A stretch of DNA of 57,679 nt from a bacterium. GTDB taxonomy: Bacteria > Patescibacteriota > Microgenomatia > Daviesbacterales > UBA10151. The position numbers and the translations under genes were made by a program. The stretch spans positions 1-57,679 of the forward strand of contig JAUSJM010000029.1 of NCBI GenBank assembly GCA_030647265.1, read 5' to 3'. The notes beneath the pieces were generated by a model. That model was not told the origin of the DNA. It saw nothing but the letters and a program-made list of their open reading frames with translations, and ran no database searches. This document shows, piece by piece, positions 16,858 to 26,181 of the stretch. The stretch's first letter is position 1, and each line of letters begins with the position of its first letter.

Positions 16858-18078
16858 ATGGTAAGTAAAATTAGAAAACTTATTCCATATCCAGTTATTA
16901 ACTTAGGTAAGCATTTACCAGAGGCGGTACTGGCTAATATTAAGTATAATTTTCCCGGGAGGAAGCTTCGAGTCATTGGGGTGACCGGGACTGACGGGAA
17001 AACTACTACTGTCAACATGATCTACAAAATGCTTCAGAATGCTGGTAAAAAAGTCTCTATGATTTCCACCATTAATGCTGTTATCGGGGGCAAAAACTAT
17101 GATACGGGTTTTCATGTTACCAACCCCGGACCTTCTGATACCCAGAAATACCTCAAGATGGCCCAAAATCATGGTGATGAATTTGTGGTACTTGAGGTAA
17201 CTTCCCATGGATTAGTCCAGTTTAGGGTTTGGGGAGTACCCTTTGAAATTGGGGTGATTACCAATATCACTCATGAACATTTAGATTATCATTTAACTTT
17301 TGAAAATTACCTGCAGGCTAAGGCTAAGCTGATCATGGGGGTAAAATATGCCGTGCTCAATGCTGATGATCCTAGCTTTGAGATGTTAGCAAAGATAACT
17401 TTAGGGGAGATAGAAAGCTTTGGTTTAAATGGAAAAGCAAAGGTAAACTGTAAAAACTTTCCTTTAAAACTTAAAATTCCGGGAGAGTTTAATTTACTAA
17501 ATGCTTTGGCAGCAGCATCTGTGGGAAAAATTTTAGGATTGGAAGAAAAAGTGATCAGAAAAAGCCTGGAAAGTTTTACTGGACTTGTGGGAAGAATGGA
17601 AGAAATTCCTAACAAGAGGGGAATAAAAGTGGTGGTGGATTTTGCTCATACCCCCCATGCTTTAGAACAGGCCTTGAGAGCTTTAAGAACTCACACCAAG
17701 GGAAAGTTGATTGCTGTTTTTGGTTGTGCCGGGGAAAGAGACCGGGAAAAAAGACCGATGATGGGAAGGATCTCAGCTAAGTTTGCCGGTATTACAGTCT
17801 TAACCGATGAAGATCCTCGTTTTGAGGATCGAGATAAAATTATTGAGGAGATTATGGAGGGAGCTGTTAAGGCTGGAGCCAGATTGGGTAAAAATTTATT
17901 TACAGAAGTTGATCGGGAGAAAGCTATTGAACTGGCTATCTCTTTAGCTGCTAAAGGAGATACTGTAGGTATCTTCGGGAAGGGCCACGAAAAATCCATG
18001 AATTATAGAGGAGTGGAAAAACCCTGGTCTGATCAAAGAGCAGCTTTAAAAATTCTAAACCATGGATCAAAAGTTTAA
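16858..18078 (+). CDS. murE: Mur ligase, MurE-like (UDP-MurNAc-L-Ala-D-Glu : diamino acid ligase) with a very short N-terminal domain
   Basis: P-loop VIGVTGTDGKTTT and a TDEDPRFED motif resembling the MurE DNPR region. The gene follows ftsI. It is only about 406 aa, with about 45 aa before the P-loop. Confidence 0.75.
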   Translation: MVSKIRKLIPYPVINLGKHLPEAVLANIKYNFPGRKLRVIGVTGTDGKTTTVNMIYKMLQNAGKKVSMISTINAVIGGKNYDTGFHVTNPGPSDTQKYLKMAQNHGDEFVVLEVTSHGLVQFRVWGVPFEIGVITNITHEHLDYHLTFENYLQAKAKLIMGVKYAVLNADDPSFEMLAKITLGEIESFGLNGKAKVNCKNFPLKLKIPGEFNLLNALAAASVGKILGLEEKVIRKSLESFTGLVGRMEEIPNKRGIKVVVDFAHTPHALEQALRALRTHTKGKLIAVFGCAGERDREKRPMMGRISAKFAGITVLTDEDPRFEDRDKIIEEIMEGAVKAGARLGKNLFTEVDREKAIELAISLAAKGDTVGIFGKGHEKSMNYRGVEKPWSDQRAALKILNHGSKV

Positions 18079-18649
18079 ACTTCTGGCCACCCAACTGGGT
18101 GAACACCGCCTGAAATTTGATGTTGATATCACAGAGCACTTAAAAAGTGGCTTGGGAGGCCAAGCTGAGGCTTTTTATATTGCTACCAGTATCAGGGAGT
18201 TGGTGAAAGCTTTAGAAGACTGTCAGGATTTACGGATACCTGTTTTAATTATCGGTTTAGGAAGTAAGGTAGCTATCTCTGAAGCTGGTCTTAAAGGGTT
18301 GGTGATAAAAAACCGCAGCGATAGCATGAAAATCTTTGGTATTAAGGGTAAGGTTTCCAAGAAGGGGATAGGGATTGAAGAGGCTTTTTTGGAGGCAGAA
18401 TCCGGGGTGACTCTGGCCAGGTTGGCTGAGTATGCTACTTCTCAGGGTTTAGGAGGCTTGGAAGTTTTCCGTTCTAATTTGGGTACACTGGGCGGATCTT
18501 TATACATTACTCCAGCCTTAAAAGAGAAGATTCATCAGGTAAAGGTTTTTACCAGCTCAGGAGAAGTGGAAAACGTAGAAGTTCCTGATTTAAAAAGAGA
18601 AGATATTATCCTCTCAGTAGTCTTCAAACTCCAAGCAAAGAAGCCCTAA
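18062..18649 (+). CDS. MurB-like FAD-binding domain protein lacking the C-terminal substrate-binding domain
   Basis: LGGQAEAFYIATSIRELVKALEDCQDLRIPVLIIGLGSKVAISEAGLKGLVIKN aligns by eye with the MurB N-terminus (GG.A...v.....el......a.....p..ilG.GSN.l..d.g..G.vi). The ORF ends at about 195 aa, where MurB domain 3 would begin. Confidence 0.6.
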   Translation: MDQKFKLLATQLGEHRLKFDVDITEHLKSGLGGQAEAFYIATSIRELVKALEDCQDLRIPVLIIGLGSKVAISEAGLKGLVIKNRSDSMKIFGIKGKVSKKGIGIEEAFLEAESGVTLARLAEYATSQGLGGLEVFRSNLGTLGGSLYITPALKEKIHQVKVFTSSGEVENVEVPDLKREDIILSVVFKLQAKKP

Positions 18650-18690
18650 TACCTTGCCTTCTAATCGAGAAGAACGTAGAATAACCCCAC

Positions 18691-19875
18691 ATGGAGATTG
18701 GCAAACACCCCATTTGGGGAAAAGTGAGCAGTTTGAAAAAACCCGCCCATTTCTTACGTTTTTTCCTGGCCCGGAAAATAGCAGGCCTTTATCCCCGCTC
18801 CTCATTTATCGGTATTACCGGTTCAGTGGGAAAAACTACCACTAAAGAAGCCTGTCTGGCAGTCCTGTCCCAAAAATATCCTACTCTGGCTACTTATGAA
18901 AATATTGATCCCATCTTCAATATTCCCTCCACCCTTCTGAAGCTCCGTCCCAAGATTAAAAAAGTCATTTTGGAAATGGGGATAGAATATCCCGGAGAGA
19001 TGGATTTTTACCTTTCTTTGGTCAAACCCGCCACTGCTATTGTTACCCGTTTATCTTTTGCCCACAGTGAGTTTTTGGGAAGCCTGGAAGAAATTATTAA
19101 AGAAAAGTCTACTTTAGTAAGGCAACTGCCCAAAAATGGTTTTGCTATCTTGAATTGGGATGACCTACATACCAGGAAACTGGCAGGGGAGACTGAGGCC
19201 CAAGTAATTTTTTACGGAACTAACTCCAAACATTGCCATCTCTGGGCTTCCAATATTCAACTGGGACAGGGCTTTACCTCCTTTGAATTAAATTATGGTG
19301 TGGAAAGAGTTCAGGTAGATTTAAAGCTCTTAGGGGAACATTTTGTCCTGGCTGCCTTGGCTGCTGCTGCTTTGGGTCTGACCTGTGATATGAGCCTGAC
19401 TGCTATTAAGAAAGGTTTGGAAAAAATGGAAACTCCTTCCCACCGCTTGCAGCTAGTAGAGGGAATGGACGGATGGTCTGTTTTGGATGATACTTACAAC
19501 TCTTCTCCGGCAGCGTTGAATGAGGCACTACATGTTTTAAGCGAACTGCCGGCCAGAAGACGCATTGCCATATTGGGAGAGATGAAGGAACTGGGTATTT
19601 ATTCGGAACGTTTACACCGTATGATTGCCCAGGAAATTTACAAGCAGAAGATAGATTTGTTATTATTAGGCACAGGGGAAACAAAGTTTATCTCTGACGA
19701 GCTGCTAAAGCTGGGGTTTCCGGCGGAAAGGATGGAAGTCAACCTTTCCAACTCCCAGATGGTTTCTAAAGTTCTCCATATATTAGGCAAAGGGGACCTG
19801 ATTTTAGTCAAAGGCTCCCGGGCGGTAAAATTAGATGAGGTAGTAGCCAGAATAAGTAAAGAAAAAAGACGATGA
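18691..19875 (+). CDS. murF: UDP-MurNAc-tripeptide--D-alanyl-D-alanine ligase
   Basis: GITGSVGKTTTKE P-loop, DDTYNSSPAALNEAL (the MurF DDxYNANP motif), and position before mraY. Confidence 0.85.
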   Translation: MEIGKHPIWGKVSSLKKPAHFLRFFLARKIAGLYPRSSFIGITGSVGKTTTKEACLAVLSQKYPTLATYENIDPIFNIPSTLLKLRPKIKKVILEMGIEYPGEMDFYLSLVKPATAIVTRLSFAHSEFLGSLEEIIKEKSTLVRQLPKNGFAILNWDDLHTRKLAGETEAQVIFYGTNSKHCHLWASNIQLGQGFTSFELNYGVERVQVDLKLLGEHFVLAALAAAALGLTCDMSLTAIKKGLEKMETPSHRLQLVEGMDGWSVLDDTYNSSPAALNEALHVLSELPARRRIAILGEMKELGIYSERLHRMIAQEIYKQKIDLLLLGTGETKFISDELLKLGFPAERMEVNLSNSQMVSKVLHILGKGDLILVKGSRAVKLDEVVARISKEKRR

Positions 19876-20900
19876 TCGAACTTCTGGGACTGATTTTGAT
19901 TTCCTTTTTTGTGACCAGCTTTTTGTTGATCCCCTTTATAGACCTACTTTTTTATCTGAAGAGATCTCCCCGTTTTAATCCGAATTTCAGGAAAGTGGTA
20001 AAAAAAGTCACCGATACCTCTACTCCCATCCATAACCAACTTTTGGCAGGGAAGGATATTAACACTCCGGTGGGCGGGGGGATACTTATTATTCCCGCGG
20101 TCATTGTTCTAAGTCTGGCCGCTTTGCTTATTAGCCGCCACCGGGTGAACTTGGAAATAATAGTGCTTTTTTTAACCCTTATCGCTTTTGGGCTAATCGG
20201 CTTTTTGGATGATTTCCGGAAAATTTTTGTTTCTTTTTCCGGAAAGTACGCCGGAATTCGGGGGAGGTATCTTTTAGGGTTACAAACGGTGATGGCCCTT
20301 TTTATCTCTCTTATTCTCTATTACGTTGTAGGGTTAAATAACATTTTTATTCCTATTGTGGGAAACGTTGTTTTGGGATGGTTCTATATTCCCTTGGCAG
20401 TGTTTGCCATTTTGGCTTTTTCTAACGCTTTTAACATCTCTGATGGTTTGGACGGACTTTCTACAGGTCTTTTGACAATCTGTCTTTTTGCTTTTTTGGC
20501 TCTGGCTAGTTCAACTTTAAATCAGGATATGGCTATCTTTGCCGGAGTGTGGATAGGAGCTTTGATTGCCTATCTTTACTTTAACGTTTTTCCGGCCCGG
20601 GTTTATCTGGGGGATGCCGGAGCTTATGGGTTTGGAGCAGCCTTAGCGGTTTTTGGGTTGCTCACCGGGAAAATTTTAGGGTTGGCAGTAATTGGAGGAG
20701 TGTTTGTGGTAATTATTCTTTCTTCCCTGCTGCAGATTCTTTCTAAGAGGTTGTTGCACCGGAAGCTGCTGCCTGTTACTCCCATTCATATGTACCTAAA
20801 GTATATCGGTTGGGAAGAACCCAAAGTGGTCATGAGGTTATGGCTTGCCGGAGCCATCTTTGCCATCCTCGGTCTCTGGCTCGCCCTTCTTTCCAGATAA
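19872..20900 (+). CDS. mraY: phospho-N-acetylmuramoyl-pentapeptide transferase
   Basis: NAFNISDGLDGLSTG and YLGDAGAYGFG motifs, about 10 TM helices, and an ATGA overlap with murF. Confidence 0.93.
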   Translation: MIELLGLILISFFVTSFLLIPFIDLLFYLKRSPRFNPNFRKVVKKVTDTSTPIHNQLLAGKDINTPVGGGILIIPAVIVLSLAALLISRHRVNLEIIVLFLTLIAFGLIGFLDDFRKIFVSFSGKYAGIRGRYLLGLQTVMALFISLILYYVVGLNNIFIPIVGNVVLGWFYIPLAVFAILAFSNAFNISDGLDGLSTGLLTICLFAFLALASSTLNQDMAIFAGVWIGALIAYLYFNVFPARVYLGDAGAYGFGAALAVFGLLTGKILGLAVIGGVFVVIILSSLLQILSKRLLHRKLLPVTPIHMYLKYIGWEEPKVVMRLWLAGAIFAILGLWLALLSR

Positions 20901-20909
20901 GTAGTAGGT

Positions 20910-21656
20910 CTATTTCTTGTCGTTTGGCAGTAGATATAAATTTTTAACTTTATTTGCGTAGTCTTTAATTTTAGCTAAGGCTATCTTTTGCTTTTCGTCT
21001 GAATCAGTTATGAGATTATCTAAAAGAGAGTTTAAAAAGGTAAAATCAGAAGTATCTGGTAAGGATTCTGGTCGTTTACCAGCAATTCTCTGAACATCTT
21101 GATATAAAGCTCTGAGATAATTAGCATGGGTGTCGTTCCAACCTCCTCGAATAATTGCCTTAATTAAAATAAAGGCCATTGTAATTGTTTGATTCATTGT
21201 TTCTTCAAGTGTCTCGTTTGTTTTGGCATCTTTATCCATAATCCATTCTCCTCGTGGTATTTCATCTGTACCGTGAAGAAAAATAGCATCAGGCCTTATA
21301 TTGGTTTGTGAATGTTTGGATAAATAGAAGTCTACGTGATAAAGTCCATGATCTGTATCAAAAATAACCAAAGAATATTTACCACCAAGAGGGGCATTCT
21401 GTGGAGGCTCGCTTTTTATTAAAATTTTACCAATTTTAGAAAATATCTCATCTCTTCTGGTGATAACATCATTAACTCTCAAGTCGTCAAAAGTGAACCA
21501 CATATCCATGTCGCTTAATTCGTCTCGATATCCATTGGTACCGCTACCAAACTGATGGATAGCAATTGGTTGTTCTTCTTTGAGGGTTGAGATGACCTTA
21601 GCAAATAACTCTCCTCTCCCCTTTATTTTTTCTTGTCTAAATTCTGCAAGTTCCAT
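20910..21656 (-). CDS. nucleotidyltransferase, ANT(6)/AadK-like (Pol-beta-fold NTase plus helical C-terminal domain)
   Basis: FGSGTNGYRDELSDMDMWFTF matches the GS-x-N-x(3-5)-DE-x-SD-x-D catalytic motif, with a third acidic strand at HVDFYL. The C-terminal helix carries RGGWNDTH (Rx6H). I chose the ATG at 21656, because the track ORF extends to 21779 and would overlap ftsW. Starts at 21728 or 21779 cannot be excluded. Confidence 0.6.
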   Translation of the reverse strand: MELAEFRQEKIKGRGELFAKVISTLKEEQPIAIHQFGSGTNGYRDELSDMDMWFTFDDLRVNDVITRRDEIFSKIGKILIKSEPPQNAPLGGKYSLVIFDTDHGLYHVDFYLSKHSQTNIRPDAIFLHGTDEIPRGEWIMDKDAKTNETLEETMNQTITMAFILIKAIIRGGWNDTHANYLRALYQDVQRIAGKRPESLPDTSDFTFLNSLLDNLITDSDEKQKIALAKIKDYANKVKNLYLLPNDKK

Positions 21657-21751
21657 ATTAGAAGTATAACAAGAAAATCCTATATTAAAAACTAGATGAC
21701 TCTGCTGTATCTTTGGAAGAGTTCCCATTAGGCGATCATTTGGGTTAAAAT

Positions 21752-22912
21752 ATGATTGTGAAAAGATTGTTTGCCTCAAGAAAGCTTTCTCCGAAGCGTC
21801 TACCCCAGCCTACAACTCATCAGGTTTTTGCCCAAAAACAAAAAGTGGACCTGGTGTTGCTCGGTCTGGTAGTCTTTTTGTCCCTCTTTGGACTGCTAAT
21901 GGTTTATGATGCTTCCCAATTTGAAGCCTTCCGGGATTTTGGCGACAAATATTACTATATTAAACAACAGGTTTTTTGGGTGGTTTTAGGTTTTGGGGCT
22001 TTGGGGTTTTTCAGCTTTTTTGACTACCACAGGCTACAAAAGCTGGCCATCCCCTTTTTTCTTTTCTCTCTGCTGCTCCTTTTGATGGTCTTTGTCCCGG
22101 GGTTGGGAGTAAAAGCCGGAGGGGCTCACCGGTGGCTCCGTGGTCCCGGTTTTAATATCCAACCGGTGGAGATCATTAAGCTTTCCTCGGTAATCTTTTT
22201 TGCCAGCTTTTTCAAGAAAGGAATAAAATCCTTACCCTTTATATTCTTAGTGGGTTTGGTGGCAGGAATTATCGGATTGCTGCAGAAAGATCTGGGGTCA
22301 GCAGCAGTTTATGTGCTGACCTCTTTTGGAATCTATCTGGTGGCGGGAGCGCCTCTTTGGCAACTGGGGGGATTTTTAGTAACCGGGATTGTAGGTTTTA
22401 TAAGTTTTGTCTTGATTGCTCCTTACAGAAGGCAAAGGATCTTAGCCTTTTTAGATCCCTTTACTGATCCCCAGGGTTTTTCCTATCATATTTCCCAGGT
22501 TTTAATTGCCCTGGGATCGGGAGGACTGTTTGGCTTAGGGATTGGCCAGTCCCGGCAAAAGTTTGCTTATATCCCTGAGGTAACTACTGATTCGATTTTT
22601 TCCGTCATCGGAGAGGAGTTTGGATTTTTGGGAAGCCTTATTTTAATAGGCGTCATTACTTATTTTATTCTGAGGGGTTTTAAGATTGCCGAGCGGGCTT
22701 CAGATAATTTTGGGAAATTTTTGGCGGCCGGACTAACTATTTGGTTGGGAGTACAGGCGGTGATTAATTTGGCTGCCATGGTGGCTTTAATGCCGTTAAC
22801 AGGTGTGCCCTTACCTTTTATCTCTTATGGGGGCTCGGCTTTACTTGCAAATTTGGTGGCAGTTGGTATATTACTAAATCTGTCAAAGCAATCTGACCCG
22901 GCAAAAACATGA
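21752..22912 (+). CDS. ftsW: SEDS-family peptidoglycan glycosyltransferase FtsW
   Basis: FtsW/RodA motifs (QPVEIIKL, IPEVTTDSIFSVIGEEFGFLG, PLPFISYGGSA) within the dcw context. Confidence 0.9.
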   Translation: MIVKRLFASRKLSPKRLPQPTTHQVFAQKQKVDLVLLGLVVFLSLFGLLMVYDASQFEAFRDFGDKYYYIKQQVFWVVLGFGALGFFSFFDYHRLQKLAIPFFLFSLLLLLMVFVPGLGVKAGGAHRWLRGPGFNIQPVEIIKLSSVIFFASFFKKGIKSLPFIFLVGLVAGIIGLLQKDLGSAAVYVLTSFGIYLVAGAPLWQLGGFLVTGIVGFISFVLIAPYRRQRILAFLDPFTDPQGFSYHISQVLIALGSGGLFGLGIGQSRQKFAYIPEVTTDSIFSVIGEEFGFLGSLILIGVITYFILRGFKIAERASDNFGKFLAAGLTIWLGVQAVINLAAMVALMPLTGVPLPFISYGGSALLANLVAVGILLNLSKQSDPAKT

Positions 22913-24051
22913 AGATATTAGTTACCGGTACTCATTTTACTCCTGCCCAGGCAGTCATAGAAGAGCTGCAGAAGTGGAATGGAACAAAAATTGTCTACAT
23001 AGGGAGAAAATTTACCCGGGAAGGGGATGACTCTTCCTCTGCAGAATCTCAGGTTCTACCTAAAATGGGAGTAAAGTTTTTGCCTTTGACTACCGGGAGG
23101 TTGCAGAGAAAGTTTACAATTTACACCATCCCCTCAATTTTAAAAATTCCCTTCGGTTTTTTTCAGGCCCTTTATTTTTTACTGAGGGAACAACCAGAAG
23201 TGGTTTTGTCCTTTGGGGGTTACGTGGCAGTACCAACTGTCTTTGCTGCCTGGCTGCTCTCTGTACCGGTGATTATCCACGAACAAACACTAGTCTCTGG
23301 CTTGGCTAATACCATCTCCTCCTGGTTTGCTGATAAAGTAGCGGTCTCTTTTCCGGATAATACTTTAGCAAAATCCAGATCGGTTTTAACCGGCAATCCC
23401 ATGCGTCAAGAACTGATTTCGACTGACGGCGTATCTTTCCATGAGCAAGAGATTAAAGAGGTAATAAGCCTGGTTCACAAAGAAGAGCTGCCCCTGATTC
23501 TTGTTACCGGCGGTAACCAGGGCTCCCATGTTATTAATGAAGCTTTGGGTGAGGTCTTGGAGGAGCTGACAGAGCAGGCCTTAGTGATTCATCAGACAGG
23601 AGATTCTAAATTTCAGGATTTTGCCAAATTGGAAGCCAAAAAGAACGGCTTAAAGCATCCCCAAAGGTATGTCGTTAGAAAGTGGATTGAAGGCTCCGAT
23701 ATGGGAAATATTTTTAAAAATGCCGGCCTGGTAGTAGCCAGAGCCGGAGCAAATACATTGCTGGAGCTTTCCTATTTCCAGGTTCCTGCTCTGGTTATAC
23801 CCCTGCCGTATATCTCCCGGGACGAACAAAATATCAATGCCAAATTTTTCCAGAGGGCGGGATTGGCCAAAATTTTGCCTCAAAGTGAGTTGTCAGGGAA
23901 AAGATTGTTGGAAGATATTACCCAGATGTTAAAAGATTTACCAGAGTTGAAGCGGGAAGCTTCCCGGGCTAAAAGTTTAGTAATTCCTGATGCTGCTAAA
24001 AGGCTGGCTTTGGAAACACTAACTCTGATAAGGCAAAGGGAGATAGCTTGA
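22909..24051 (+). CDS. murG: UDP-GlcNAc:lipid I N-acetylglucosaminyltransferase MurG
   Basis: GT28 architecture (N-terminal GTHFTPAQAV, LVTGGNQGSH, ARAGANTLLELSYFQVPALVIPLP). Lies between ftsW and ftsQ. Confidence 0.85.
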   Translation: MKILVTGTHFTPAQAVIEELQKWNGTKIVYIGRKFTREGDDSSSAESQVLPKMGVKFLPLTTGRLQRKFTIYTIPSILKIPFGFFQALYFLLREQPEVVLSFGGYVAVPTVFAAWLLSVPVIIHEQTLVSGLANTISSWFADKVAVSFPDNTLAKSRSVLTGNPMRQELISTDGVSFHEQEIKEVISLVHKEELPLILVTGGNQGSHVINEALGEVLEELTEQALVIHQTGDSKFQDFAKLEAKKNGLKHPQRYVVRKWIEGSDMGNIFKNAGLVVARAGANTLLELSYFQVPALVIPLPYISRDEQNINAKFFQRAGLAKILPQSELSGKRLLEDITQMLKDLPELKREASRAKSLVIPDAAKRLALETLTLIRQREIA

Positions 24052-24824
24052 AGAAAAAACTTTTTTTAGGATTACTTATCCTTTTAGCTGTAGTTTTCTT
24101 GGCGATCTCCCGCTTCAATCTTTTAAGTGTAACTTCGGTGGAGATTCAGGGCAGTTTAAGTTGCGCTCCACAAAATGACATCATTTCTTTCTTAAACTTA
24201 AAAGGGGTGAACATTTTTGTCATTAATGAGGAAGAGTTGAGGAAAAAAGCTGCTCAAAAATTCCCTTGCCTACAAACCCTTCAACTTGAAAGGAAACTCC
24301 CTAGAATAATAGTGGCAGTAGTCAGGGAAAAAGAGCCTTCAGTAAATGTCACTTCCTATGTTCTATCTGAAGGGTTGACGATTGACTTAAACTCTCCCCT
24401 ATCTTCTCAGGCATCACTTTTGGATTGGTCCTTTTCAGCTTCATCAAGTGACGTTTGGTTGGCTGATAAGGGCGGTAAAATCTTTAAACAAGAGACAAGA
24501 GCAGATTTGCCCACTCTTTTTATTAATGAGCAAACAATCAAATTGGGTCAGAACTTAAACCAGGGTCTTTTTGAAAGCTTGACCCTGGCCCTTGATAAAT
24601 TTAAAAAAATAAACTTGCCCGTCACCCAGCTGAAGGTACTGGGAAGCGTTTTACTAACTAATACTCAACCTAGAGTAGTTTTATCCCTGGCCAAGGATAT
24701 GTCCAGGCAACTCGCCTCTTTACAACTAATCTTACAGAAAGCTAAAATAGATGGGAAAGCAATGGATACAATTGATCTGCGTTTTGATAAACCTGTAGTG
24801 GTATACTCCCAAAAACATGAGTAA
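24048..24824 (+). CDS. ftsQ: FtsQ/DivIB-like cell-division protein
   Basis: N-terminal TM helix, a POTRA-like segment (VTSVEIQGSL...), and position between murG and ftsA. Confidence 0.6.
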   Translation: MKKKLFLGLLILLAVVFLAISRFNLLSVTSVEIQGSLSCAPQNDIISFLNLKGVNIFVINEEELRKKAAQKFPCLQTLQLERKLPRIIVAVVREKEPSVNVTSYVLSEGLTIDLNSPLSSQASLLDWSFSASSSDVWLADKGGKIFKQETRADLPTLFINEQTIKLGQNLNQGLFESLTLALDKFKKINLPVTQLKVLGSVLLTNTQPRVVLSLAKDMSRQLASLQLILQKAKIDGKAMDTIDLRFDKPVVVYSQKHE

Positions 24825-26136
24825 AGACAAAGTTTTATGTGCTGTTGATGTCGGGTCCTCCAAGGTTGCCACCTTAATTGCCTCCGTGGGAGAAGACGAT
24901 AAAATTAACCTCATCGGTGTTTCTGCTACCGTTTCCCGGGGGATTAAGAAAGGGCAAATTGTCGATATTGAAGAAGCGGTAGCAGCCATTACGGAGAGCA
25001 TCGAGGCAGCGGAGAGGATGGCCGGGTATTCCATCTCCTCCGTTTATGCTTCTATCGGCGGACCTCAAATTGAGAGTACCAACTCTCATGCGGTAGTGGC
25101 GGTGGCCAAGCCGGACAGCGAGATTGAGGAAAATGATATTTTGCGGGTCAACGATGCCGCTCGGGCTATTACCTTACCTTCTTCCAAGGAAATCTTGCAT
25201 GTTATTCCGAGGACCTATACTGTGGACGGACAGGAAGGTATCCGGGATCCGATCGGTATGACCGGTATCAGGCTGGAAACCGATACCCATATTATTACTG
25301 CTTCCTCGACAGCTATGAAAAACCTGGTGAAGTGTATGGGGTTGGTGGGAGTGAGTGCAGAAGAGCTGGTTTTTGGAGGGGTAGCTTCTTCACATGCCGT
25401 GCTGACGGATACCGAAAAAGAGCTGGGAGTGGTGATGGTGGATATCGGAGGGGAAACTACGGATGTGGTGATCTTTGTTGACGGGGCCATTGCCTGGTCC
25501 TCGGTCATTCCGGTGGGAGCCCGTCACGTCACCTCGGATTTGGCGGTGGGTCTTCGAATTTCCCTGGAATCGGCAGAAAAGATTAAAGTCTTCTTAGGTA
25601 AGGCGGTCAAAACTCCGGCTTTACCGCAGATTCAAGAAGGAGAAGAAAAACTTTTACTGCACCGCCAAACGACTCCCGGGGGCAAGGCTCCCAAAGAAGA
25701 ACCTTTGGATGTAAGAGGCTTGGGGATAACCGAGGAGATGCAAAAAATCTCCCGGAAAGCGGTAGTAGATTCCATTGTCAGGCCGAGAGTAAGAGAGATT
25801 TTCGAGCTGATAGGTAAAGAGATTAAAAAGAGCGGTTTCGGTACCCAGATTCCCTCCGGTTTGGTTATCTGCGGCGGTGGAGCTCTGACGGTAGATATCT
25901 TGGAAACTGCCAAGCACAGCCTGGGTTACCCTGCCAGAGTAGGGAAGATTGAAGGGTTAGTAGGACTGGTGGATGAAGTAGATTCACCTCTTTTTGCTAC
26001 TGCTGCCGGGCTGATCTTGTATACTGCCCGTTCCGGTTCCGGACAACAGTTTGCCTTACCGATATTAGCTAGAAATCTGCTTTTAAAGGATGTTATCTCC
26101 CGAGGTATCAGCTTAATCAAATCTTTCCTGCCCTAG
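24817..26136 (+). CDS. ftsA: cell-division protein FtsA
   Basis: Actin-fold motifs AVDVGSSKV, VDIGGETTDV and ICGGGAL, with a C-terminal amphipathic tail. Confidence 0.9.
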   Translation: MSKDKVLCAVDVGSSKVATLIASVGEDDKINLIGVSATVSRGIKKGQIVDIEEAVAAITESIEAAERMAGYSISSVYASIGGPQIESTNSHAVVAVAKPDSEIEENDILRVNDAARAITLPSSKEILHVIPRTYTVDGQEGIRDPIGMTGIRLETDTHIITASSTAMKNLVKCMGLVGVSAEELVFGGVASSHAVLTDTEKELGVVMVDIGGETTDVVIFVDGAIAWSSVIPVGARHVTSDLAVGLRISLESAEKIKVFLGKAVKTPALPQIQEGEEKLLLHRQTTPGGKAPKEEPLDVRGLGITEEMQKISRKAVVDSIVRPRVREIFELIGKEIKKSGFGTQIPSGLVICGGGALTVDILETAKHSLGYPARVGKIEGLVGLVDEVDSPLFATAAGLILYTARSGSGQQFALPILARNLLLKDVISRGISLIKSFLP

Positions 26137-26153
26137 ACAAAAGAATAAATACT

Positions 26154-26162
26154 TGTTAGAAT
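26154..26162 (+). promoter_or_regulatory. extended -10 (TGtTAGAAT) proximal to ftsZ
   Basis: TGTTAGAAT lies at 26154-26162, 19 nt before the ftsZ ATG. Confidence 0.35.
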
Positions 26163-26181
26163 CTGCCAAAGACAGACAACC

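Noticed and set aside
18654-18845. 63-aa ORF between the murB-like gene and murF
   Set aside because: It overlaps the murF 5' region in another frame and has no motif or start context. murF from 18691 gives the expected N-terminus before the P-loop.
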